A stretch of 56,724 bases of DNA from Actinomycetes bacterium (GCA_025463905.1 JAODBJ010000325.1:1-56724), one strand, 5' to 3'; shown: positions 1-8,161, counted from the first letter of the stretch. The notes: generated by a model from the letters alone, not told the origin. Program-made: numbers and translations.

Positions 1-49
1 GCCTCCGCGTGTGCGGAAGGCCGGCCGGAACGCGTGATCAAGCGGAGGA

Positions 50-613
50 TTACTGCTTGACCGCTTCCACCTCGAGGTTGAGGTGAACCTTGTCGGACAC
101 CACGAAGCCGCCCGTTTCGAGGGCAACGTTCCACGTGAGGCCCCAGTCTTTACGGTTCACGTCAACGCTGGCGCTGAAGCCGGCGCGCGTGCCGCCCCAC
201 GGGTCCTTCACGGTGCCCTCGTACTGGAGGTCCCACGTGACGGGACGGGTGACGCCGTGCACGGTGAGATCGCCGATGAGCTCGTAGTGGCCGTCACCGA
301 CGTCTACGACGTTCGTCGAGACGAAGTCGATCGTCGGGTACTTGTCGACCTCGAAGAAGTCGGACGAACGCAGGTGCTCGTCGCGCTTGTCGTCGCCGCT
401 GAGGACGGACGCGACCTCGACGCTCGCGCGTACCGACGACTCAAGCGGCTTTTCGGCGATGGTGATGGTGCCTTCGACGTTGGCGAAGTGGCCGCGCACC
501 TTGGTGACCATGAGATGGCGGGCAACGAACTCGATGGACGAGTGCGATGCATCGAAGATCCAGGTGCCGGGCTCGATAACGGTGCCCACCTGGGGGGAAT
601 TGGTGGTGGTCAT
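50..613 (-). CDS. YceI-family (polyisoprenoid-binding-like) protein
   Basis: ORF 50..934 trimmed to the ATG at 613 (MTTTNSPQVG...), preceded by GGAGGA. The body (SSIEFVARHLMVTKVRGHF, DKRDEHLRSSDFF, YPTIDF, LTVHGVTRPV) is typical of the YceI domain. The upstream part of the ORF is Arg/Gly-rich shadow sequence. Confidence 0.85.
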   Translation of the reverse strand: MTTTNSPQVGTVIEPGTWIFDASHSSIEFVARHLMVTKVRGHFANVEGTITIAEKPLESSVRASVEVASVLSGDDKRDEHLRSSDFFEVDKYPTIDFVSTNVVDVGDGHYELIGDLTVHGVTRPVTWDLQYEGTVKDPWGGTRAGFSASVDVNRKDWGLTWNVALETGGFVVSDKVHLNLEVEAVKQ

Positions 614-644
614 GTGAGGTTCCTCCGCTTGAAGATTCCAGAAG

Positions 645-689
645 TATTTGCGATTGCAAGGGTACCCAAGATGATTGCGAACGCAAATA
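645..689. promoter_or_regulatory. Candidate MarR operator pair in the yceI/marR divergent region
   Basis: Inverted repeat: TATTTGCGATTGCAA (645-659) against TTGCGAACGCAAATA (675-689), 13 of 15 matching. It is centred on GGGTACCC. Each half contains a TTGC(G)..(C)GCAA mini-palindrome. The right half overlaps the marR ATG at 671. This is an AT-rich patch in a GC-rich genome. Confidence 0.45.
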
Positions 690-1240
690 TTCCGGCCTTT
701 GAGGGGCGGTACGATTCCGAAGTGGGCGAAACCGACGAAATTCCGTGGCTCGACGAGAGCGAGCAGCGCGTTTGGCGGTCGCTGATCGGCGCCACCGGCG
801 AGCTGATGGCGACTCTCGACGCCGAACTTCAGGCGGCGCACGGTCTCTCCGGGGCCGACTACGAGGTGCTCGTCAACCTTTCCGAGGCGCCCGATCGCCG
901 CATGCGGATGACCGACCTCGCGATCGCCCTGCACCTTTCTCCGAGCGGTCTCACCCGCCGGCTCGACGTGCTCGCCCGGCGGGGTTGGGTTCGGCGCGAA
1001 CGGTGCCCTTCAGACCGCCGCGGCACCTTCGCGGTGCTCACCGACGACGGATACGAGCAGATCGTGCAGGCCGCGCCCACGCATGTGCGCGGCGTGCGCG
1101 AGCACTTCATCAACCGCCTCACACCGCGCCAGCTCGCGAACCTCGGCGCGGCACTGAGCATCGTGGCCCCCGACGGCGGGCGCGGTGTCGCCGCGTGTGC
1201 CGAAGCGCACGAGGGTGCCAAGCCGAGTCGCCGCCGCTAA
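671..1240 (+). CDS. MarR-family transcriptional regulator
   Basis: C-terminal 189 aa of ORF 83..1240, starting at the ATG at 671. Winged-HTH pattern: GLSGADYEVLVNLSEAPDRRMRMTDLAIALHLSPSGLTRRLDVLARRGWVRRERCPSDRRGTFAVLTDDG. Divergent from yceI. Confidence 0.8.
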   Translation: MIANANIPAFEGRYDSEVGETDEIPWLDESEQRVWRSLIGATGELMATLDAELQAAHGLSGADYEVLVNLSEAPDRRMRMTDLAIALHLSPSGLTRRLDVLARRGWVRRERCPSDRRGTFAVLTDDGYEQIVQAAPTHVRGVREHFINRLTPRQLANLGAALSIVAPDGGRGVAACAEAHEGAKPSRRR

Positions 1241-1248
1241 CCCACTGG

Positions 1249-1296
1249 TTTTGATCGCAGAAAAGCACCGAACGCGGCTGGTTTCTGAGATCAAAA
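1249..1296 (+). repeat. 48-bp palindromic intergenic element, copy 1
   Basis: TTTTGATCGCAGAAA (1249-1263), loop AGCACCGAACGCGGCTGG, then TTTCTGAGATCAAAA (1282-1296). The 15-bp arms carry one mismatch. The CGAG flank is shared with copy 3. It lies between the convergent marR and acyl-CoA dehydrogenase stop codons. Confidence 0.8.
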
Positions 1297-1303
1297 CGAG
1301 TTC

Positions 1304-2497
1304 TCAGCGGCGGGGGAGGCCGAGGACGCGTTCGGCGATGATGTTGCGCTGGATCTCGCTCGTGCCGCCGGGGATGGTGCCGGCAAACGAGTAGAGGTAC
1401 TGCTGGCCCCACGGTCGTTCACCATGATGGAACAACGTGTCGCCGCCGAGTTCGAGTGCGTCGGGACCGAGCAGGTCGACGACCGACAAGATGGCTCGCT
1501 GGATTGATTCGCTGCCGAACAACTTCAGCAGCGAGTGTTCGGGAGCGGCCCGCCCGTGGCTGAACTTCGAGAACCCGCGGTAGCCGATGCACCGCAACGC
1601 TTCGGCGTCGACGTGCGCGTTCGCGATCGCGTCTCGGAAGTGCACGTCGGCGCCGAGCCGCGTGCCGTCGGTGGCGACGTGGTCGGCGAGGCCGCGCATC
1701 GTGTCGACGATGCGGTCCATGGAGTACGCGTAGTCGATCCACAACATCGATCGCTCGTGCGCGAGTGAACCCTGCGTGAGGGGCCACCCCTGGTGCAGCT
1801 CACCCAGGAGATTGGCTCGTGGCACCCGAACGTCGGTGAAGAACACCTCGTTGAAATCCGTGCGTTCGCGGTCGAGCAGGTCGGGGAAGGGGCGGCGTTC
1901 GACGCCCGGCGACGTCGTGTCGATGATCAACGCGCTGATGCCCTTGTGCTTCGGCACATTCGGGTCGGTGCGGACGAAGCACAGGCACCAGTCGGCGTGG
2001 TGCGCTCCCGACGTCCAAATCTTCTGCCCGTTCACGACGAACTCGTCGCCTTCGAGTACCGCTCGTGTCTGCAGACCGGCGAGGTCGCTCCCCGCGTTCG
2101 GCTCGCTCATCCCGAGGCACCACGAGATCTCGGCCCGCAACGTCGGGAGAAGGAACTGCTCCTGTTGTTCCGGCGTGCCGTAGTCGCGGATCGACGGGGC
2201 GATGATGCCAAGTCCTTGCGGGTTCGCGCTGCGGGTGATGTGCCGGCCCGACAACTCCTCGAAGTAGATCATCTGTTGCACGGGAGTGGCGTTACGGCCG
2301 CCGAGTTCCGGTGGCCAACCCGGCACGAGCCAGCCGGCATCGAAGAGCGTGCGCTGCCACTGGCGTACCCACGGCACGAGGTCCGCGCTCGAGCGCGGCT
2401 CCGGGTGTCGTGCCGACTCCGGTGGGTAGTTCGCTTCGAGCCACGCGTCCAACTCGGCGCGGAACGCTTCCTCGGCTTCCCCGTACTTGAGTTTCAC
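1304..2497 (-). CDS. Acyl-CoA dehydrogenase family protein
   Basis: 397-aa ORF with ACAD-like segments: GLGIIAPSIRDYGTPEQQEQFLLPTLRAEISWCLGMSEPNAGSDLAGLQTRA, VVNGQKIWTSGAHHADW, and C-terminal GGTSEIQRNIIAERVLGLP. Confidence 0.9.
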   Translation of the reverse strand: MKLKYGEAEEAFRAELDAWLEANYPPESARHPEPRSSADLVPWVRQWQRTLFDAGWLVPGWPPELGGRNATPVQQMIYFEELSGRHITRSANPQGLGIIAPSIRDYGTPEQQEQFLLPTLRAEISWCLGMSEPNAGSDLAGLQTRAVLEGDEFVVNGQKIWTSGAHHADWCLCFVRTDPNVPKHKGISALIIDTTSPGVERRPFPDLLDRERTDFNEVFFTDVRVPRANLLGELHQGWPLTQGSLAHERSMLWIDYAYSMDRIVDTMRGLADHVATDGTRLGADVHFRDAIANAHVDAEALRCIGYRGFSKFSHGRAAPEHSLLKLFGSESIQRAILSVVDLLGPDALELGGDTLFHHGERPWGQQYLYSFAGTIPGGTSEIQRNIIAERVLGLPRR

Positions 2498-2522
2498 GCA
2501 GTCATGCTCGCCCAGCGCCGAG

Positions 2523-3356
2523 TCAACGCGCCAACGCAGCGACGGTCATGAGGTCGTGGGCGAGCACCACTTCACCGTCGAAATGCGCGGCGGCCAGCGC
2601 GACCCACTCGTCTTCGGTGCCCGGTGCCGGCGGCGGTACGGGGTGGGTCAGCACGAGGGTGCGGACGCCCGCTTTCGCGGCGGTGCGTCCCGCGTCTTCC
2701 ACCGACGAGTGGTAGTCGAGGATGTCGTGCAAGCGCGGCGACGGCACGGATCGCACGAGGTCGGTGCGGATCACTGTCTGCACGTACACGTCGGCACCTT
2801 CGCACAGTCGCGTAAGACTGTCGCAGGGGACGGTGTCGCCCGCGATGACCACCGCGGCACCGTCGTGTTCGATGCGATAGCCGACCGTTGGCGAGACGGG
2901 CCGATGATCCGTGGGCGCCGCGACGACGCGCACGCCGTCGGCCTCCCACGCGACGCCTTCGGTCAGTTCGTGCACCTCGCACGCCGGTTCCCATGTGAGG
3001 TCGGCGTGGTGCGCGACGCGAAATCCGATGTCGGCGACCAGCATGTCGATCGTGCGGTCGATGAAGGCTTTGGTACCGGGGGGACCGATCACCGGCAAGA
3101 GATTGGGGGTGGGCGACATCGCCCAGCGCATCGTGATGACGTCGTTCACGTCGGTGATGTGATCGCTGTGAAGGTGCGTGAGAAACAGGCGCGACAGGAA
3201 CGCCGGCGACGGGAGCCCCGCGCCGGCGAGGCGCATCAGCACTCCACGACCCGCGTCGAACAACAACGCATGGCCACCGGCGCGTACGAGCGTGGCGGGC
3301 CCCGCCCGGTTCGGGTCGGGGAGAGGGCAACCGGTTCCGAGCAACGTCACGTCCAT
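2523..3356 (-). CDS. MBL-fold metallo-hydrolase (RNase Z/BN-like)
   Basis: 277 aa. N-terminus MDVTLLGTGCPLPDP and metal motif THLHSDHITD. Its ATG overlaps the upstream stop codon (ATGA at 3354-3358). Confidence 0.85.
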   Translation of the reverse strand: MDVTLLGTGCPLPDPNRAGPATLVRAGGHALLFDAGRGVLMRLAGAGLPSPAFLSRLFLTHLHSDHITDVNDVITMRWAMSPTPNLLPVIGPPGTKAFIDRTIDMLVADIGFRVAHHADLTWEPACEVHELTEGVAWEADGVRVVAAPTDHRPVSPTVGYRIEHDGAAVVIAGDTVPCDSLTRLCEGADVYVQTVIRTDLVRSVPSPRLHDILDYHSSVEDAGRTAAKAGVRTLVLTHPVPPPAPGTEDEWVALAAAHFDGEVVLAHDLMTVAALAR

Positions 3357-4270
3357 CAGGAGGTCGCCTTCACAAAGTCGGCGACGACCTCCGCGAGGAC
3401 TTCACCGCGATCTTCTTGCAGGAAGTGGCCACCGCCCTCGATGGTCGTGTGGGCCTGGCCGCTGCACCCCGGCACCTCGCGCTGGAAGACGCCGTCTCCA
3501 CCGCGGGTTATCGCGTCCTGGTCTGAGAACGCGGTGAGGAACGGCTTCTTCCATTGCCGCAGCACGTCCCATGCTCTGCGATTCGGCTCCGTCGCCGGGT
3601 CCGTATCGCTCGTCGGTACGAGCATGGGAAATTGGCGCGCGCCGGCCTTGGCGCGGTCGTCGGGGAACGGCGCATCGTACGCGGCGACAACCTCCGGCGG
3701 CAGTTCGGTTGCGCAGCCCGTCGCCACGATGAAGCCGACCGCGAAGTCTTCGACATCTTGTGAGAACCGTTGCCACCGCAGGAATGCCTCGCCCGCGCCG
3801 GCGTCGCCAGTAGGGAGGAAGGTGTTCGCGGCCACCACTCGCGCGAACCGATCGGGCATCGCGGTGACGAGCCGCAGCCCGATCAAGCCACCCCAGTCCT
3901 GACCTACGAACGTGACGTCCTGCAGGTCGAGTTGCTCCAGTACCGAGGTCATCCAATCAACGTGGCGCTGGTACGTGTAGTCGGAACGCACGGTCGGCTT
4001 GTCGGAGCGCCCGAAGCCCACGAGGTCGGGAGCGATGCACCGCAGCCCGGCACTCACGAGCACCGGAATCATCTTGCGGTAGAGATAGCTCCACGATGGC
4101 TCGCCGTGCATGAGCAGGACCGGAGCCGCGTCTCGTGGACCTTCGTCGAGGTAGTGCACGCGCAACGTCGCGCCATCGCCGTCGCCGGCCGGCACGTCGA
4201 CGTACTGCGGAGCGAAGTCGTAACCCGGGAGGTCGGCGAAGCGTTCGTCGGGAGTGCGGTAGACGTCCAT
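3356..4270 (-). CDS. dhmA: Haloalkane dehalogenase (alpha/beta hydrolase, HLD-I type)
   Basis: ORF 3356..4342 trimmed to the ATG at 4270 (MDVYRTPDERFADLPGYDFAPQYVDV...), with GGAG 7 nt upstream. HGEPSWSYLYRKMIP, FGRSDKP and the nucleophile elbow GQDWGG match my recollection of mycobacterial DhmA. The stop overlaps the MBL gene start. Confidence 0.82.
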   Translation of the reverse strand: MDVYRTPDERFADLPGYDFAPQYVDVPAGDGDGATLRVHYLDEGPRDAAPVLLMHGEPSWSYLYRKMIPVLVSAGLRCIAPDLVGFGRSDKPTVRSDYTYQRHVDWMTSVLEQLDLQDVTFVGQDWGGLIGLRLVTAMPDRFARVVAANTFLPTGDAGAGEAFLRWQRFSQDVEDFAVGFIVATGCATELPPEVVAAYDAPFPDDRAKAGARQFPMLVPTSDTDPATEPNRRAWDVLRQWKKPFLTAFSDQDAITRGGDGVFQREVPGCSGQAHTTIEGGGHFLQEDRGEVLAEVVADFVKATS

Positions 4271-4375
4271 CGAGGCTCCAAAGAGTGCGTGATTCATCTC
4301 TTGTACGCATAGGTCAACATGTAGTGGCAAATATAGTTGCACGTTGAGTGCGACTATTGCCTATCATGATTGCCG

Positions 4376-4981
4376 ATGACGCGCAACGGTGACGCCGCAG
4401 TCGACGGGCGGGTGCGGCGAGGGGAGCGAAACCGCGACGCGATCGTCGATGCATTGCTCGAGCTGCTGGCCGAAGGTGTCCCGAAGCCGCCAGTACGCGA
4501 AATCGCAGCCCGCGCCGGCGTGTCGGTGCGATCAGTGTTCCAGCACTTCGACGATCTCGAGACGCTCTACTCGGCACTCGTCGACCGTCAACTCGGGAGG
4601 GTGCGCGAACTTGCGACGCCCATCGACGCGGGGGTGCCGTTCGCGGCCCGGCTCGATCGTTACGTGTTGACCCGGTCGGATATCTACGAACACGTCACGC
4701 CGGTCCGACGGGCGACGCTTCTTGCCGCCGCCGCTTCTCCAACGTTGCAACGCGGCCTCGCGGATGCCGCTCGCGACCATGCTCGCGACGTGACGGCTGT
4801 GTTCAAGCCCGAACTCGCCGCGTTCGATCACCCCGGCGACACTCGAGCCGCGCTGATCGTGGCGACCGCGTGGGAGACATGGGACGGTTTACGGCGCACC
4901 CAGCGCGTGTCCGTGACCGCCGCTCGACGCGTGATCACGTCGATCGTGTCTGCCGTGCTCGCCCCACCTGCGAAGCAGTAG
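4376..4981 (+). CDS. TetR-family transcriptional regulator
   Basis: N-terminal HTH RNRDAIVDALLELLAEGVPKPPVREIAARAGVSVRSVFQHFDDLETLY. Start is the ATG at 4376, or the TTG at 4370 as in the ORF track. Divergent from the dehalogenase operon. Confidence 0.85.
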   Translation: MTRNGDAAVDGRVRRGERNRDAIVDALLELLAEGVPKPPVREIAARAGVSVRSVFQHFDDLETLYSALVDRQLGRVRELATPIDAGVPFAARLDRYVLTRSDIYEHVTPVRRATLLAAAASPTLQRGLADAARDHARDVTAVFKPELAAFDHPGDTRAALIVATAWETWDGLRRTQRVSVTAARRVITSIVSAVLAPPAKQ

Positions 4982-5014
4982 CCCACGCACCCGCTGCGGT
5001 ACCGTCGCGGAACG

Positions 5015-5944
5015 GTGCCCGACCAAGCACACGACCAAGCCGGTGCGCATAAACACGGCGCGACGCTTACGGATCGCCGGGCGAACGCATTGGCGTTCGC
5101 ACTCGTCGCGAACGCGCTGTTCCTCGTCGTGGAGCTGGTCGGGGGCCTGGTCTTCGGTTCGTTGGCCCTGCTCGCTGACGCCGCGCACATGGTGTCCGAC
5201 GTCTTCGCGCTGACCCTCGCGCTCATCGCGCAGATCCTCTCCACCCGACCGCCGACGGAGCGCCACACGTACGGGTTCGTGCGGGCCGAGGTGCTCGCCG
5301 CGCAAGCGAACGGGGTGTTGCTGTTCGCGGGGGCGATCGCGGTCGGGGTCGAGGCGGTGCGCCGGCTGCAGCACGCGCATCACCTCCACGCGTGGCCGGT
5401 GCTCGTCGTGGGTGTGCTCGGCTTCGCCGTGAATCTCGTGAGCGGCTATGTGCTCGGGCGGGAGGCCCGCGGCAGCCTCAACCTGCGCGCCGCCATGTGG
5501 CATCTGGCGTTCGATGCGCTCGGATCGGTCGCGGTGGTCGTCGCGGCGGTCGGGGTGCTCGTGGCCGATGCCACCTGGCTCGACCCGATCGCCTCGCTCG
5601 TGATCACCGTGTTGGTGGTGGGCGCCGCGTGGCACTTACTACGCGGAACGACACGCGTGTTGCTCGAGGGCGCACCGCGCGGCATCGACGTCGCCGCGGT
5701 GCGCGAAGCGCTGGCGGTCGAGCCCGACGTCGAGACGGTGCACCACGTACACGTGTGGTCGCTGGCGTCGGAGGTGCCTGCGTTGTCGGCCCACATCGTG
5801 CTCGCAGGTGAGGATTGGACCCTCCACGACGCGCAAGTGCGCATGGATGCGTTGAAACAGATGCTCGCCGATCGCTTCGGCATCGTGCACGCGACACTCG
5901 AGGTGGAATGCCATGCGTGCGAAGCGGAGCGCGAGCACACGTGA
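5015..5944 (+). CDS. Cation diffusion facilitator (CDF) family metal efflux transporter
   Basis: 309 aa with a GTG start. LVANALFLVVELVGGLVFGSLALLADAAHMVSDVFAL and TYGFVRAEVLAAQANG are CzcD/ZitB-like TM motifs. His-rich termini. Confidence 0.85.
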   Translation: MPDQAHDQAGAHKHGATLTDRRANALAFALVANALFLVVELVGGLVFGSLALLADAAHMVSDVFALTLALIAQILSTRPPTERHTYGFVRAEVLAAQANGVLLFAGAIAVGVEAVRRLQHAHHLHAWPVLVVGVLGFAVNLVSGYVLGREARGSLNLRAAMWHLAFDALGSVAVVVAAVGVLVADATWLDPIASLVITVLVVGAAWHLLRGTTRVLLEGAPRGIDVAAVREALAVEPDVETVHHVHVWSLASEVPALSAHIVLAGEDWTLHDAQVRMDALKQMLADRFGIVHATLEVECHACEAEREHT

Positions 5945-5953
5945 GCAGCGTCA

Positions 5954-5989
5954 CGTCCGAAAACAGTGCCGCGTCCGAAAACAGCGCCG
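5954..5989 (+). repeat. 18-bp tandem duplication just downstream of the CDF gene
   Basis: CGTCCGAAAACAGTGCCG (5954-5971) followed directly by CGTCCGAAAACAGCGCCG (5972-5989), 17 of 18 identical. The following CGGACG (5990-5995) can pair with CGTCCG. Confidence 0.6.
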
Positions 5990-6183
5990 CGGACGAGGGC
6001 CGGGCGGGCACCGCCCTCGCCCGCAGCGATGTTGTTTGATACCCACGACGGGTGCCGGATCCACCTACACATTTCGACCCATTTCGTGGAGCGGGTTCGT
6101 GCTTGGCAACGTCACGCGCGCACCACTCACTATGGTGCATAGACGCCGCGGGCGGTCGCGGCGCACGCAGGCGGAGGACCCCG

Positions 6184-6522
6184 TTGAATTCACCGGACAC
6201 GACGCGGGGAACACCCAGCCTTCGGCTCGCTCGCTTGCCAGATGATGGCGCGCCTGTACTGGTGGTAACGGGCGAAGTCGACGTGTACGAAGCGCCGGCG
6301 TTCCGCCACGAACTCCTCGGGATCATCGACGAGGGTCACGAGAGGATCGTGGTCGATTGTTCGGGGATGCGGTTCATCGATTCCGCCGGCCTTGCATCGC
6401 TCGTCGATGCGCAGCGCCGTATGAGCGCGCGCGACGGCACGATCGTGTTGCGGGGCATGCGGCCCGCAGCGAGGCGAATCTTCGAGATCACCGACCTCAA
6501 GTCGTTGTTCGCCTTCGACTGA
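6184..6522 (+). CDS. STAS-domain anti-sigma-factor antagonist (STAS-1)
   Basis: C-terminal part of ORF 6052..6522. Proposed TTG start at 6184, 5 nt after GGAGGA (6173-6178). VLVVTGEVDVYEAPAFRHEL...VVDCSGMRFIDSAGLASLV carries the SpoIIAA/RsbV-type DS.G phospho-serine motif. The upstream ORF sequence is Arg-rich and not protein-like. Confidence 0.75.
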   Translation: MNSPDTTRGTPSLRLARLPDDGAPVLVVTGEVDVYEAPAFRHELLGIIDEGHERIVVDCSGMRFIDSAGLASLVDAQRRMSARDGTIVLRGMRPAARRIFEITDLKSLFAFD

Positions 6523-6525
6523 CGG

Positions 6526-8082
6526 TTACATCCGGGCTTGCAACGCGGTGTCGACGTCGTCGAGTTGGCGATCGAGCCATTTCTGCACGCTGTTGTGCCG
6601 CACGATCTCCACACCGGCTTGGCGGCGGATCCGGCGTTCCTCGAGGGGCATGGTGAGGGCTTCGTAGATGGCGTGCGCCTGTTGGTCGATGTCGAAGGGT
6701 GAGAGCGTCACTGCGACCGCCCCCAGTTCTTCGTAGGCACCCGTGTTCTCGGACAAGGCCAGCACGCCGTCGCGCGCATTCACGACGATGGCTTCCTTGG
6801 AGACCAGGTTCATGCCGTCGAAGACCGCGTTCACCATGAGCACATCGAACAGGCGGTACGCGGCGACAGCGAGTGGCAAGTTGTCGCCGAAGCGAAGGTC
6901 GACCGGCTGCCATTCGTCCGTTCCGAACCGTTCGTTTACGTGATCGACGGCGCGGTTGATGTCGTCGACGTACGCCACATACTGCGGCACGTCTTGGCGG
7001 CTCGGTTGTAGAAGCGCGAGGAACGTAACGCGCTCGTGTAGCTCCGGGTGGAGTTCGAGCATGCGTTCGTAGGCGCGGAAACCGCGCACGATGTTCTTCG
7101 ACGGGTCGGTTCGGTCGACGCGTAACACGAGGTGCTCACGTCGTTCACGAGCTAGCGCTTCTTCGTGCCGGGAGGCTTCGGGTGTGTCGGCCAGTTCGAG
7201 GAGTGTCGACGTGTCGACGGAGATCGGGTAGAAGCGGACGGCGACCTCGCGCTCGCCGTAGTGCACGACGCCGCGTTCGAAGTCGACGCTCAGGCCGAGC
7301 AGTTCCTGGCACGACAGCAGGAAGTTGCGGACGTACCGCTCGGTGTGGAACGCCACGATGTCGCTACCCAATAGCCCTTCCATGATCTGTTCGCGGAGCG
7401 CCGCAGGCAGGATGCGCCACGAGTCGGGCTGGGGCCACGGTATGTGCACGAAGAAGTGGAGAAATACGTCGAGTCCGGCGTCGCGTACGAGTTTTGGGAC
7501 CAGGTAGAAGTGATAGTCGTGCACCATCACGATGGAACCCGACGGCACCGCCGACGCCGTCTCGATCACCGCGTCGGCGAAGCGACGGTTCACCTCGACA
7601 TAGCCGTTGTTCCACGCGTCGATCTCGCGGCTGGTGATGTCGGGCGCGCACGCGTGGTCCCACAGGTAGTGCTGGATAAACCAGAGCAAGGGATTCGCGA
7701 TCACCGCATAGAAGTCGTGGTGCGCGTTCGGCTCGATGGAGAGCATCCGCACCGTGCAGGTGCGATCGGCGACGACGTCGTTGGATTCGAACGGTCCTTC
7801 GGCGGCAGCGGCGTGGTCTTCGTCGGTCGATGCGGCGCACACCCAGGTGGTTCGACCGCCGTGGCGCACGAGATCGCGTAACGCCGTGACCAAGCCGCCA
7901 CCTCCTCGGCGGGCGCGGCGCTCGCCTCCCTCGGATTCGAACTGCACCGGTCCTCGGTGCGAGACGAGTACCAGTTCCCGTTGAGGTCTTTGGGGCTCGT
8001 CGCCGCGATCGACCTCTATGCCGCCTATAGCGGGTTCGCCGTGTTCATCCGGAGTTGGTCGAACCAGCACGCTCCCAGCCAC
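6526..8082 (-). CDS. otsA: Alpha,alpha-trehalose-phosphate synthase (GT20)
   Basis: ORF 6526..8448 trimmed. Segments LVLVSHRGPVQFE, GGLVTALRDL, NPLLWFIQHYLWD, VHDYHFYLVPKLVR, FVHIPWPQPD and DGMNLVSKE are OtsA-like. Start proposed at the GTG at 8082 (alternative GTG at 8070), 8 nt after a GGGTAC -10-like element. No ATG is available in this region. Confidence 0.88.
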   Translation of the reverse strand: MAGSVLVRPTPDEHGEPAIGGIEVDRGDEPQRPQRELVLVSHRGPVQFESEGGERRARRGGGGLVTALRDLVRHGGRTTWVCAASTDEDHAAAAEGPFESNDVVADRTCTVRMLSIEPNAHHDFYAVIANPLLWFIQHYLWDHACAPDITSREIDAWNNGYVEVNRRFADAVIETASAVPSGSIVMVHDYHFYLVPKLVRDAGLDVFLHFFVHIPWPQPDSWRILPAALREQIMEGLLGSDIVAFHTERYVRNFLLSCQELLGLSVDFERGVVHYGEREVAVRFYPISVDTSTLLELADTPEASRHEEALARERREHLVLRVDRTDPSKNIVRGFRAYERMLELHPELHERVTFLALLQPSRQDVPQYVAYVDDINRAVDHVNERFGTDEWQPVDLRFGDNLPLAVAAYRLFDVLMVNAVFDGMNLVSKEAIVVNARDGVLALSENTGAYEELGAVAVTLSPFDIDQQAHAIYEALTMPLEERRIRRQAGVEIVRHNSVQKWLDRQLDDVDTALQARM

Positions 8083-8090
8083 ATCCGCGT

Positions 8091-8116
8091 GTACCCCGAG
8101 TCGAGCGCGGCGACAC
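8091..8116 (-). promoter_or_regulatory. SigF-type promoter candidate for otsA (one mismatch in -35)
   Basis: Minus strand reads GTGT-N16-GGGTAC, then 8 nt, then the GTG at 8082. Confidence 0.35.
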
Positions 8117-8143
8117 CCGGGCGCGGCGTTTGCGACACCCGGG
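8110..8143 (+). repeat. 12-bp direct repeat GCGACACCCGGG x2 in the otsA/nuoF-like divergent region
   Basis: Identical 12-mers at 8110-8121 and 8132-8143, 22 bp apart (about two helical turns). They overlap the -35 and spacer of both candidate promoters. Confidence 0.6.
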
Positions 8144-8152
8144 AACGGGTAG
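8128..8152 (+). promoter_or_regulatory. SigF-type promoter candidate for the NuoF-like gene
   Basis: GCGTTT (GTTT at 8128-8131), N15, GGGTAG (8147-8152), then 9 nt to the GTG at 8162. Confidence 0.5.
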
Positions 8153-8161
8153 GCGCGTTCG

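Noticed and set aside
83-1240. Long 5' extensions of ORFs in the track. Examples: 83..1240, 50..934, 9078..9917, 9945..11021, 10705..11745, 19606..20979, 42027..43178, 47749..48552, 51593..52855, 6526..8448.
   Set aside because: The extended parts overlap neighbouring genes, are compositionally non-protein-like, and in most cases contain an internal start codon with a good RBS where homology begins. I trimmed them.
4271-4375. AT-rich dehalogenase/tetR divergent region with the partial dyad GCAAATATAGTTGC
   Set aside because: It very likely contains the promoters and a TetR operator, but the dyad is imperfect (2 mismatches in 14). I could not define boundaries confidently, so it is left unannotated.
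7933-7942. tRNA T-loop-like GTTCGAATCC strings at 7933-7942 (minus strand) and 17146-17155 (plus strand)
   Set aside because: Both lie in frame inside well-supported coding sequences (otsA, and the PAS-GAF-PP2C gene). No acceptor or anticodon stems can be drawn around them. No tRNA is called.
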